A stretch of DNA of 61,727 bases, the filler included, from Choristocarpus tenellus KU-1152 (taxonomy: Eukaryota; Protista; Phaeophyceae): NCBI GenBank assembly GCA_964200185.2. It is 10 parts of 10 records of this genome, joined end to end, with 100 filler letters (N's around TTAATTAATTAA, not from the genome) between each part and the next. Parts side by side here need not be neighbours in the genome. Positions count along the whole stretch, not along the records: positions 1 to 3,697 come from CAXNAD020018446.1; positions 3,798 to 7,736 come from CAXNAD020017038.1; positions 7,837 to 14,138 come from CAXNAD020008435.1; 7 more parts are not named here. The stretch is one strand, 5' to 3'. Positions 1 to 11,180 of the stretch are shown here, in pieces. Positions within the stretch are counted from its first letter, which is position 1. Every line of letters begins with the position of its first letter. The position numbers were made by a program, and so were the translations under genes. The notes beneath the pieces are model-generated. The model worked only from the letters and a program-made list of their open reading frames with translations. It did no database searches and was not told the DNA's origin.

Positions 1-41
1 GCCATTTCAGCTGTAATTACGAACACAGGAGGCACACTCAC

Positions 42-2471
42 GGCTCTGATCCGTTGCAGAGGTTTCATTCCGACTATTGTGGAGATGTTTGCCCTCAGTT
101 GGCGGACGGGCCCCGCCTGTTGGTCGCCAGATGAAACCTTCTGCAGAATATGGGTCACCTCCCTCTTCCTCTCCTCGTAGTGGGGCTTGACTCAGAGGTG
201 GTGCATACTGCACTTCTCGTATGCGAGCCTGTCCATTTCCCTGGAAGCCCGTGCATCATTCACGTAACGCCCAGAATTCAGGGCGGTTTTGCAACAATTA
301 ATAAGTGTGGTGCAGAAAAAGACGCTGACGGTGTATTTTATATTTCAGGGGCGCATGGCGACGTATGGGTGCGCAGGAGATACGGAAAAGGTGAAAAAAG
401 ATAACCGCTGCAGCTGCACTATTTACCAACCTTTGGAGCTCTGGTGTCCACTTCTCCTTGGGCACAATCTGCCTGGTGCGCTAGATAAGCATCTCAGACA
501 TGTGCGCGTCCGATTCGATGTCCTTGTGGTCCCTCGCCGTAGGAGCCTTCCCGTAGAACGACTTGTACCTGCTAAAATAGAATTGCTACGAAGGACGTCA
601 AGGAGAACGATGCGCAGGTTATGAAGAGGAAAGGGTCACCACTGCAGCAAATATTCATCACTCGATTGTCATACTTCCTAAAAGACAAGAGCGCACATAC
701 ACAGGAAACACACACTGTAGAATTACCAGAATACTACGAAGGGATTTTCGTTCAACACAACAATGGCCGACTACATTCTTCATCGTAGGAGACACTTATT
801 TCACGCTCCTGTGCAATGTGCTGCGACCTGCATAAGCTGCGCTTACTGCTGTCTACACGATAAAACACAGTGGCACTTTGACTTGCCTAGCAAGCAGGTG
901 GATGCATAGCCCCTGCTTGAGAGAAGTGAAGCTGGCAAACTCCTCGCTCATCAGATAGTTTAGTGTGACTGCATTGTGGTCAATCTGTGGTGACGAGGTC
1001 TCACACACTTCCTTCAGTACCTCGAAGGACTCTGGTTGAAGGGACTTTACGCCTTGCTGCCAGTTTCGTAGAGTTGTTTTCGCCGGGGTAGTAACGCCCA
1101 CCTTCGCAATGGGCAGAAAACGGAAAATATTATGCACCCAGTCAGCGAGAATGATGCATCGTTATTACCACGCCAACGCGGTACGTATGTGTGTGTGTGG
1201 GGGGGAGGTTTCAGGCAACACCGTCGATAAAACAATCAAGGACGCTTTTTATTGCACGTCTGTGGTTAACCACACATACATACTACATGGTCACCCGAAA
1301 ATCAATAAGTTGGTTGACAGGGTATCTAAACGCGGGATAACTATCTCAACTTAGGTTGAATAGCAGGACACAGAGATATCTCGCAACAGCTGTATCCCAA
1401 CTAGAGGAGGAGTAGAGCGTGACCATCCTACCAATGTCGACAACTCTCTCACCTTTTGGTACATTCTGCGGATCTCTGCGAGTGACACTTCTTTCTTCTT
1501 CGTCCGTTGCTTGATAGCTTGTGCTGAAAATATATCTTATCGTATAATATGCGCTCAACCACACTCTCGGTCGCGTCGTTGAATGCTATAAGCATGGTGG
1601 TGCAGTGGGCGAACGGGACAAGGGTTAGGTGGGGAGCGGTCGGGGGACACACGCGGCCTGCGGCACCGAGAAACATGTTGCTATGGACAGGAATACCACG
1701 AGGGATAAAAAAGATGAGCAACGAAAAGATCCACAATGGGCTGACTGACAATGAACATAGCAAGGGAAACTCGGCAACAACTTCGTATATCAGAATAGTC
1801 ATCAGGCGATCATGGAACAATGAAAACACTCTACTTACTTCGGTGCTTAGTTGATCAGAATGGTTAAGCAATCATGGAACAACGTCATGATTATCAACTT
1901 ACTTTGTTGCTTACTTGATGGTAATAGTCATCAGGCGAACATGGATCAACAAGAACACTCAACTTACTTTATGGCTTAGTTGATCAGAACGGTCAGGTGA
2001 TTATGGAACAACGAAGACACTCCATCACCCACCGTTGGCAATCAGTCTCTCTTCTGCTTGGTTGAACTCCATGTAGATCCGCATGGTGAAAGCGTGCTCG
2101 GGATCAAACTCTCTCTTCAGCACCATTATTCTATGGTTTCCGTCCAATACACGCCCTTCAATGACAAGCGCAGTTTCGGTGTTGAGCTGATCCACATTAC
2201 CTAAACAGTCTCGCTGGATGACAACACTTGGAGCAAACTGATCCAGCCAGCCTTTCTCCTTTATACACTTGCTCACACGCCCAAGGCCACGCTCACTTAA
2301 AGGACGCACCATCTCTGTGCATGCGATGTTTGTGAGTTTCGTCTTGTACGAGCTGAGGTAGTGATGCTCTAGGAGCTGGGACAAGCCCTTCAGAGTTAAG
2401 TCCCACGTTCTCGATCCATGGGCAGCGCCATTGGCGGGCGGGTGGGTTGTTATTGAGGGAATGTTGGACAT
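42..2471 (-). pseudogene. Spliced ParB/Srx-like domain plus probable HTH gene, decayed; exons ~2471-2033, 1585(or 1523)-1453, 1101-887, 568-431, 240-42, continuing off the window
   Basis: Exon 1 translation VRPLSERGLGRVSKCIKEKGWLDQFAPSVV...GRVLDGNHRIMVLK...AEERLIAN fits the ParB-N pattern (R..l..SI...G..P.V...DG.HR). It is followed by VSLAEIRRMYQK|VGVTTPAKTTLRNW (HTH-like). Intron phases are mutually consistent, including a GC donor at 886. In-frame stops at 481-483 (TAG) and 192-194 (TGA). Exon 2 needs either a 1-nt frameshift or the acceptor at 1524. Confidence 0.7.
1781..2032 (-). repeat. Tandem array of four diverged ~64-65-bp units in intron 1 of the ParB-like gene
   Basis: On the + strand the units share approximately ATCAGAAT.GT...CAGGCGATCATGGAACAA...AACACTC.ACTTACTT...GCTTAGTTG. 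Units 1/3 and 2/4 are more alike (dimeric structure). Confidence 0.9.
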
Positions 2472-2907
2472 GCAAAGATTGGAAGGGTGTGATGGGGATG
2501 GATAAGTAAGAGGTCTGCATGGTATCTACGGAAGGGAATGAATCGAAATGAGGACTGAGGGATGGGAGGTGCTGTTTTATTTCATCTGGTCTGTCGATCC
2601 TCAAAACTCAGATTTCACATTTTTTATGAGAATTGTGTTATATAAAATACGAATATCAAACAGCATACGATTTCATATTGAACTGGGACAGAGAGTACCT
2701 GTATTTTTGTGACCTTTTCGTTTCGTACGTTTCAAGCGTATTAGATCAATGAAGGATGTGGTTTGTATCTGTATTTCTTGATGTAAAGATTAGAATATCA
2801 TTCTAATTTTGGAAAAACCCTCACACACGTGTTTTGGGTGTTCAACAGTAAACAAGATTCGCGCGGATCTTGAATACCATAGATCCGCTTTTTTGTGGTC
2901 TCTAGTG

Positions 2908-2957
2908 TTTATTTAAATACTAAATCCGCTTTTTGGCGTCTTTAGTATTTAAATAAA
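2908..2957. repeat. Perfect 17-bp inverted repeat with 16-nt spacer
   Basis: TTTATTTAAATACTAAA (2908-2924) / TTTAGTATTTAAATAAA (2941-2957). Confidence 0.9.
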
Positions 2958-3279
2958 TAGTGGGTACCAGTTGGAGGTGTCCTTTTAGTTTCTGAAAATT
3001 GGAAACGTGCGAGACCCATAAAGTGCGTTCTTGGTATTCTTAAAAACGCTAAGAACGGTTATGACTGGATTTACTATTTAAAAAAACCCTAACGCACGTG
3101 TAAAGTGCATCTTTAGGTATTCCAGATCCACGTTGATCAGTTCTACCCAAAGAATAACTTTTTATCGCCTCTACAGTTTATGACAATCCATATGTCCAAT
3201 TTGGTAAGATTTTGTACTTCAAATATGTAGAGGGTTAGAGTTGTTTTTTGACGTTTTGGTTACTGGAAACATACAAGAT

Positions 3280-3564
3280 CAATTAAGTATGTGATTGATA
3301 TCAAAAAAAAAAAACACTGATAGAATTGGATTTATTAAAAATAGAAATCACGGATATAATCTGATCTACAACTTCCAAAAAATATAACGCACGGATTTTC
3401 AGGATCATGGATCTCAGGGTGGTCCCACCGATCGCCCGAAGATCAAACAAAGTTGATTTCGGAACATTGGAAATATACAATAACAATTAAGTATGTGATT
3501 GGTATCTAAAAATATACAAATCACTGATATAATTGGATTTAAAAAAAATAGAAATCACGGATAT
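3280..3564. repeat. ~80-bp direct repeat (3280-3357 and 3484-3564)
   Basis: Both copies read CAATTAAGTATGTGATTG.TATC...CACTGATA.AATTGGATTT...AAAAATAGAAATCACGGATAT. Confidence 0.85.
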
Positions 3565-3697
3565 GAGTGAAAGTATCTTAGAGGGTACGGGTCTTTGCCT
3601 GTTTGTCCATTTGGGGCTTGGCTTCCAATGGGTTATTTTATGACATTTTCCTACTTCAAAATGTTTAGGAGTAGGTAAAGTATGTATTTATTAAAAG
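3565..3697. mobile_element. MITE family A, truncated by contig end
   Basis: Begins with the TIR GAGTGAAAGTATCTTAGAGGGTA and matches the other copies. Confidence 0.9.
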
Positions 3698-3797
3698 NNN
3701 NNNNNNNNNNNNNNNNNNNNNNNNNNNNNNNNNNNNNNNNNTTAATTAATTAANNNNNNNNNNNNNNNNNNNNNNNNNNNNNNNNNNNNNNNNNNNN
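3698..3797. other. Artificial contig linker N44-TTAATTAATTAA-N44 (also 7737-7836, 14139-14238, 17055-17154, 24109-24208, 32190-32289, 38980-39079, 51701-51800, 56285-56384)
   Basis: Identical 100-nt spacer nine times; TTAATTAATTAA puts stops in all six frames. Confidence 0.98.
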
Positions 3798-3831
3798 CCC
3801 CCCCCCCCCCCCCCCCCAGATACTTTGAGTC
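3798..3831. mobile_element. MITE family B terminus at contig start
   Basis: poly-C followed by AGATACTTTGAGTC, the same end as the full copy at 52999-53124. Confidence 0.8.
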
Positions 3832-4608
3832 TGACAAACTCGCCTGATTTGTATTGTGTAAATAATAACTCTTGTATAGAAGGATTGCCTGGCTATCAGA
3901 AAGCCTGGTGCTCCTTGAAATCTTGCAATTGGGAAGGTCAAAACCGAGCAGTGAGGTTGTATATTGAGCCAGATAGACAACCGGGCAAGGCATAAGAAAG
4001 GAAAAAAAAGGAGTGTAGAATACTAGGACTGTAAGGCACCATAGACCACAACAATGAATACCAATGAAGATTGGGGGTTGAAATCACAATTCTGACAACA
4101 CAGCTTTGGTCAACTTGCTCCTACGCCAGGAACGAAAACTTTATGTCGCTTGACTTTGTACCTCAAAAACTAGTCAAGAGTAATTTTAGCCCTTGTTGAA
4201 CATCTGCTGTGTTGCAAGTCCCTGACAGGGATGTACACAAAGTTTTTGTGTGTTCTCGAACAGAGTGTGAGCATTCGAAGCATCTTTGTGGTCAACATGG
4301 TCCAGGTATAATGCTCTTGAGGTATCTACTACACCCCATGGTGGGATTTCTACAAGAGGTAGATCAATCCTTGCACATATGTGATCACTGTCATGTTTAA
4401 TCCATCTTAGCTAGTATTGATACCTTGAAGATATCCCATCCCCATATAGGTCGTATACAATGATTTCTCTTGTCTACCCCGAGGGCATTTAGGGTCAGAG
4501 ATGGTGACCCTTCGTCTCCAGAGGGTAACCTGTATCATAGCAAGGTGAACCGTTTTGGCAAATTGAACAAGAATTTAGAATAAGCTCAACGGAGAGTAGA
4601 GTGTGTCA

Positions 4609-4681
4609 GCCGGGGTAGCTCAGTCGGTAGAGCGTACGACTTTTAATCGTATGGTCGTGGGTTAGAGCCCCACCTTCAGTG
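4609..4681 (+). tRNA. tRNA-Lys(UUU), probably a pseudogene
   Basis: GCCGGGG TA GCTC AGTCGGTA GAGC G TACGA CTTTTAA TCGTA ... GTGGG TTAGAGC CCCAC CTTCAGT G. D and anticodon arms are perfect (anticodon TTT). T-loop is TTAGAG instead of TTCGAG; acceptor stem has a C-A mismatch and three G-T pairs. A T5 run follows ~13 nt downstream. Confidence 0.85.
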
Positions 4682-5988
4682 TTGAATATTGAATTTTTAG
4701 ATTATTGGATTGGTTTCGTTCCACTATCTCATGAATTGATGGTGCAATAATACTCGTAAACATCATGTACTATATATTATATATTATTTTGCCCTCTGAC
4801 ATTTTGCAGATATGGCAGGGTATAGTGTGTATTATCATATTTTGGGAGTACATGTAACATAGAAGGTATTCACACTGGTTTGTGGTTTCCCACACCAATA
4901 CAATGAAAAGGCAGAGGGAGACGACAAAGTAGGCAATGGTTACGGGATACAACTACAATAGAAAAAAAGAGAGGAAAAAGAACTCAGCGTCTCTGCAAGG
5001 GAAAGGAAGGGAACCTAGATGTAAGTCATCAACACACAAGAACATTTGAGTCATACATTTAAACCGTAAATATATACTACTGATCGTCTCGTTTCATACA
5101 AAAAAAGGGGAGAAAATAGGGATGCAAAAAAGCACTAAGTGTTAAGGAGACAGCAGAGGTGGTGATAAAATCCATAGTGATTGCCACCAAGAGAAGTTCG
5201 ATGTCAATGGGTTTCCGATCCACGAGTCACGAGAATGCTCTCCTGCAACATATCCAAGCCATGATGGTGAAAGACGACACAAAATGAGGGCAGAAAGAAC
5301 ATATTTGACAGAAAAGAAAGACAAATAAGTGCATGGACAAGATGAAAAAGAGCTCAGATTAATGTAGAGAGGAGACAGAAGAGTCCATGACGTACGTGTA
5401 CCAACCGATCAGTTCCAGTATGCACCAAGATCATTACCACAAGGTCCAATGCCCCCCCCCCCTTCCCATTCTTTCAGAACAAGAAACAAATCAGAACGCA
5501 GCCATAGTAACTGTAGAAGAAAAGAAAAAATAGAGTAAAATATGATAATCCGTTCACAAGACCATGACTAGACACCCCACAGCAGCACCAGTGCCAACGT
5601 GTGTCCTCAAAATCTCTTGCAACTCATGAATCCAACCTGCTCGATACCAAACCTTCCTTTCAGAAAAATGAGTTGTTCACAATGATCCGAAGTCCACATT
5701 TCAAAGGAACTATCAACAGTACACCTTTACCACCATCCTATCGGTCACTATTATACCGCAAATGGAGGTGACACTACCTCTTTACGGGGTAACATTGAGA
5801 CGTGTCCGGAACAAGATTTGAGGGAGGAAGCAAAGGGACAAGTGGTGGGATGGCTGAACCCAACAGAGGAACAAGGTACAAGCAAAAAATTGTTGCAGTG
5901 AAACAGATGGTATATGAAGAAAGTGCTGTGTGTAGTACCTCTGACTACAAGCCAGGATAGTCCCTAGCACGCTAGAGTGATGAGCAAT

Positions 5989-6246
5989 GGGTCGAAGTAT
6001 CTTAGAGGGTAGGGTCGTGTCCATTTGGGGGTCAAAATCCAATGTTGTGATTCTGATGTAATTTTGGCTATCATGTTGTTAGTAAGTGTCAATACCCTTG
6101 TTTCGGATACACCTTTTCATAACGTATAAATTTTCCTATTCCAACACATTTTTGGAGTAGGAAAATGTCATAAAAGAACCCATGGGAAGTCAAGCCCCAA
6201 ATGGACAAACAGGGCAAACCTCATACCCTCTAAGATACTTTCACTC
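5989..6246. mobile_element. MITE family A, full length
   Basis: GGGTCGAAGTATCTTAGAGGGTA ... TACCCTCTAAGATACTTTCACTC; flanks CAAT/AATA (TSD ambiguous). Confidence 0.9.
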
Positions 6247-6257
6247 AATAATAATAT

Positions 6258-6348
6258 TATTAGTACTAGTAGTGGTAGTAGCAGTACTTGTACTAGTAGT
6301 AGTAGTAGTTGCAGTAGTAGTAGTAGCAGTGCTTGTAGTAGTATTAGT
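6258..6348. repeat. Imperfect (GTA)n microsatellite
   Basis: GTAGTAGTAGTAGTT...; explains the poly-Val ORF 6182-6367. Confidence 0.85.
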
Positions 6349-7487
6349 CATTATTATCATCGGCTGACTGCCATACCTACCTACCCAGCCATGGACATTG
6401 ACTTTCTTTGGGGTAGACTATGGAGTCGCACACTTATAAAACGTGCACAAAAAAAGTCGCATGGGTCGTTCAAAAAGCTCCGCTCTGCGATAAATAATCC
6501 AGTGAAAATATGCATTATTCAACATAAACACAACAAGAACAGGGAAATCCATGGCAAGATGCCCGTTACTGTAAAAGCATGATACTAAACCGATACATGG
6601 AAAAGTATAACAGAGCCGCAAAGAAGAGGCGACACAAGGCAAAACCAAAAAAGAAACTTGATCAAAGTTTTTTTTATATTTTAAACCAAAAAGAGAGGAA
6701 CACAGTTCCATCAAAGCTTAGGTATCATGATAATACCACTGTTGATGCCATAAAGTACACACAAGAAAACGGTGTTCAAGGAAAGGAAGTAGGCGTCCAC
6801 AGCTGCTGTAGCCTCTCCTCGTCCTCCAAACTCGACTTATTTTTGGTACATTTTCTCAGAGTTCAGACGATCTCCACACACACGACACTGACCCAAACCC
6901 TAACCCTAACCCTAACCCTTAACTAAATACTATTTCCAAGTACAAAACAGAAAACCCCCCCATCAAAACTCTACTTTTGTACATTGTAATCTGAGGTGAC
7001 AGTAGCACCAAGCAGCCTGGTGCAAGAAGACCATCTGTCTATTGTCGAAACTAAAACTGCAACCCAACCTTTGAGGTAAATGCACACACACGCGCGCGCG
7101 CGCGAATAGAATTGCCAAGTCAAAAAAACACCCAATAATTTTTTCTTGCCTTTATGGTCAGAAGAAGATGATCGTAACATCATCAACAGTTACACACACA
7201 CACACATACACACACACACACACACAAAAAGCACATTAAAAAAATGCACCAAACGAATCAGAAGGGAATAAACACACACCGTAACGATTTAATCAATTCC
7301 ACTACACACACACACACACGCGCGCACACACACATACATAGAACAAACAAAAAAACTTTGCTGATAATTCTTCTTGTAGGCGACGATCATACAACAATAA
7401 CAAAAGAAAAAAAATTATGTTCCAGATGGCCTCTGCCAAAAAATAAATAAATCTATGTTCCAAAACTGATGAAGAGAGATAGATGGC

Positions 7488-7697
7488 TGCATCATGTCTA
7501 CGATACATAGAACATGTTTCATCCATCGTCTTCGTCCTCCAACCAAGCCTTGTTGGCAAAATCAATCCCCTCTGACAGTAATGGGCAGGAGTGCACAAAA
7601 CCATTCAGGCGATAGTCGGGAACTCTTTCAATAGCCCCTCCTTCGCCCCACCCCTCCGTGCCCTCATCTCCTTGAGCTCCTTCCAGGGCAACATCTT
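7488..7697 (-). CDS. Possible terminal exon of an unidentified gene cut by the contig end
   Basis: GC-rich coding-like segment. One frame reads DVALEGAQGDEGTEGWGEGGAIERVPDYRLNGFVHSCPLLSEGIDFANKAWLEDEDDG*, another MLPWKELKEMRARRGGAKEGLLKEFPTIA*. Family not recognised. Confidence 0.25.
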
Positions 7698-7732
<35 letters not shown>

Positions 7733-7912
7733 CCCCNNNNNNNNNNNNNNNNNNNNNNNNNNNNNNNNNNNNNNNNNNNNTTAATTAATTAANNNNNNNN
7801 NNNNNNNNNNNNNNNNNNNNNNNNNNNNNNNNNNNNAAAAAGAGGAGGGGGGAAACCAAAAAAACCAAATTTTTTTTTATCGGTTGTTTTTTTTTTATAT
7901 AAGAAGGGACCC

Positions 7913-7960
<48 letters not shown>

Positions 7961-8037
7961 CAACCTTCCCACCATTCCCTAAGTCATACACCTCAACCCC
8001 AAAAGCCCAGAGACAAACCTGCAAAACATCATCTCAC

Positions 8038-11000
8038 CTCTCCCCTGAGGTACAGGATGGATTCAGAGGCACGGTGTGGAGTCCTTCTGAGGACTGCCAA
8101 GTAGAAATCCTCCTCTCCTTCAAACGACTCCAATTGCAGGGGCAGGAACTACCTCCCATACATTGGTGAACGCACCATCCATGTCAAGAGGCCAAGAGGT
8201 CAAGGGGCGGTGCAGGGGAGGTGGGAAGGGGGAAAATCATAGTTAAGTTCAGAGTATGCATTATTCATGTTCAAGAAGTCAAGGGCACACCTCTCCAATA
8301 CCAGTATTAGCCGCATCCCACAGTTAAACCTCACCAGCATCTATACATATATATACACACTCAGATAAATAAGTAAACCCTACTTTGGAGCACAAAACAG
8401 CTTATAGTCCCCCCAAACCCTCCACAACATGACCACCCACCACCCTCACTTGGATCATACCCTCCAGCTCTTCCTTGTTGGGTAGCTCATGAGGCACAAT
8501 CAGGACATCCTGGGCCTTCAGACTTGCAACACATGCATTCCCCAAGGGGTGAGATATCACCACCTTACCTCCCTCCTGTTGAGCAGCAGTGCCAAAAAGG
8601 AAATGTGATACAAACAATAATTAGGGGAAAATCTAGTAGTCACCACAGAAGCCTGGAGTGGAAGACTTCTCATTGTACACACTCCACATTTTAGGATACA
8701 CAAGTAAGATAAGTAATTGTGCAAAATGCAGGCAACGGAAAACTTATCACTTTGCAAGTAATAGGAACAACGATATACTTACCTAATATTTAACACTTGG
8801 ATGTTGTTGCCCTCACTACCTACACCACCTACCAATCTCCTCACCCTTCAAACATCAAGACCAGTGCCACCCCCTTTCATAACCCCCCCCCCCGCATGTC
8901 ATTGGCCCTCCTCTTTTCCAATAAGAACAAAATAAATTCCAAGAAAAAATAGTACAGAAAATATATCAGACGAACACGTACTCGGAGGTGCAAGGTCGGA
9001 CTAAATAAGAGACCCATAGCTCTGTCCGTTTGGTGAGGTACTTCCATACTGCATAATAAAAAGAAAAATAAGGGCTTCACATTTGAAGGTTTAGAGAGGT
9101 GAGCTCAAACTCGATTTGCATAGAAGCACTCCCATGTAATTGCTGCAATACTATAAATGAAGAAGGGTGAGAACTACCCCAGCACACAGAAAAGACATCT
9201 TCGAGCCCATACCATGACGCACACGCCTTCCTTCGCCATCGACAATTCGACCACGATATAGAGGTATACCCTTTCTAAGCATTGCCCAAATATGGAGTAA
9301 CTAATGAGAGGGGAAGGAGAACCGGAAACCACAAACCTCAAGTATACTTGCTGCCTTTTGCAGAGCCACCCGCTGATCCCAGAGGTTGCCGAACACAGCA
9401 TTGAAAATCACAGAACCCACAGCTACCCCATCCCCTCCACTGTCCGTAACTTCAGTAGCAGTCTCGGAACTGGGGGCAGGGGCAGGGGCAGCGGCGGCAT
9501 TGTCTACACCCTTTGCGTGAGTTTGCGCACAGAAGTCTGTGAAGTCACAGATAACTCCTGTGGCTTCAGGATAACGTTGCTGGAACTCTTTGATCATCTA
9601 GAAAGGTTCAGAGTCGGGCAGGGAGTAGGGAATAGGCTTGGGCGATGATAAATAGAAATGAATCGTGAAGGAGATGAAACACGCAGGCCAGTGGATGGAA
9701 GGGAACAGGTGAATCTGAGCAGGGGACATTGTATTTGTTTACAGGCAACGCCCGAAGAAGAGTAGGTGCACTTTACGCGGGGGACTACTGAGGGGCAGGG
9801 AAGCATGAGGTGTTGCAGACGAGCAGTAGAATATATAGCAGGAGCATAGGGAGTACAAACAGGGGGGAGGGGGGTGCAGTATTGGCCGGAGCAAAACTGT
9901 CTTCATTGACAATGTGGTGGTCTACTAATGTGTTTGTTGTTGTTGAGGAGGACGACTAGGAAATTTACCATCAGGTAAGAGGACTAGCTTCTGACAACTT
10001 AGGCCCCTTACCTACCAACTTACACCTTCCATCTGTGACAAGGCTGGTTCGTGCCAAGCTCGGATCATCTCCCTCTCTACGAATCCCAAGCAATCTCCTC
10101 GGCATGAAGCAAATTGTGGAGATGCCCAGCCCATCCATATCTTTTGTTATTCTACAAGGCCCTCCCCTAGCCCTAACACTCTACAAGGTGCCCACTGCTT
10201 GTACAGGGTGTGAGCCGATGGTGGGCACATATGATACGTACCTCAGAGGAAACATCAACCCCAACCACTTGGGAAAGGGGCACACCACTCTCCTTGAGGT
10301 AGGGCAGCAGCGAACCCACCCCAGTACCTACATCAACTACGCAACTCCCATCTGAGGGCGGCATCGCAGCCTGTGCTATTTGTCGAAGCCTTGGGAACAC
10401 CTAGGGACCAGAAAAGAAAAGGAAAGGAAAGGAAAGCAGGAAATGCTTTTGATAACTGCATTGGGTCCAACTTGAAGAAGCGGTTGCAGGTATCACAGGA
10501 AGGGATCGAGGCCTACGGCAGATGTGACCTGGAGGAACATGGAGGGAACAGAGAAGAGAGAACAGAATGTGAGGACCTTGAGCCGTGTGGGCAGTGCTAC
10601 GTTGACAAGTACTTAGGCTACTGTTCGGACTTGCAACTCTCAAGGAGCAGCAGGAGGAGGAGGTGCGGAGGGAGGATAAACACATGCTGTTTGTTGGAGT
10701 ACTGACGTGTGTATAAACGCTCAAATGTACTCTGAAGGCAGGAGATGTATATAAATTCAAGGAGTGCTGTTGCAGCTGGATAGCACCACCTCCAAGGGCT
10801 TTAGGCTTCGATTACCTGATAGAGGGCAATCGTATATTCTCTAGGTCATTGGTCAAGCACTAAGATGTCAGAAGTTCCCATTGCCAGCACCCCCGCTGCC
10901 AGTGGTCCAGCCAAGACAACATTGCCCCTTACCTCAAACGAAGCTTTCTAATAAATTAACCATAGCGCTCTCTTTGCTGCACAGCCTAATGACGCCCTGG

Positions 11001-11180
11001 TACCCAAATCATAGCCCTAGCTAGACCTAGCCATCAGCTGTCTCCTGTCGAGATACCACCACGGCATCATCACACACTTCAGACACAACAAGCCGTACCT
11101 CTTGGGGGATAGCCTTTGGGGATGAGAAAAATCTTGTCAATCTGTTGAACTTTGTAGCTTGCCGCTGGACAAACTCCTCC
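8038..11180 (-). CDS. Class I SAM-dependent methyltransferase, partial; exons 11180-11099, 10400-10242, 9597-9337, 8575-8450, 8148-8038. Possible 5' exons near 12540-12610 and 13140-13400; 3' end lost at the gap.
   Basis: Motif I VVDVGTGVGSL, then VVGVDVSSEMI, VIFNAVFGNL...ALQKAASILEEGGKVVISHPLG and EEDFYLAVLR; all GT-AG junctions in phase. Confidence 0.85.

Noticed and set aside
192-483. Stop-codon reassignment or readthrough in the ParB-like gene
   Set aside because: Two different stop types, and the conserved host exons show no in-frame stops; pseudogenisation is simpler
1453-1974. Inclusion of a single micro-exon to repair the exon-2 frame
   Set aside because: The arithmetic fits, but that frame hits TGA about 30 nt into exon 2
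1781-2032. CRISPR- or TIGR-like array next to a ParB-like gene
   Set aside because: No constant repeat with unique spacers; units diverge along their whole length, the array lies in a spliceosomal intron, and no cas or Nop-domain gene is seen
3742-3753. Recurring TTAATTAATTAA palindrome as a biological site
   Set aside because: Always centred in N44 flanks; assembly linker
6182-6367. Poly-Val hydrophobic ORF
   Set aside because: MITE end plus (GTA)n microsatellite
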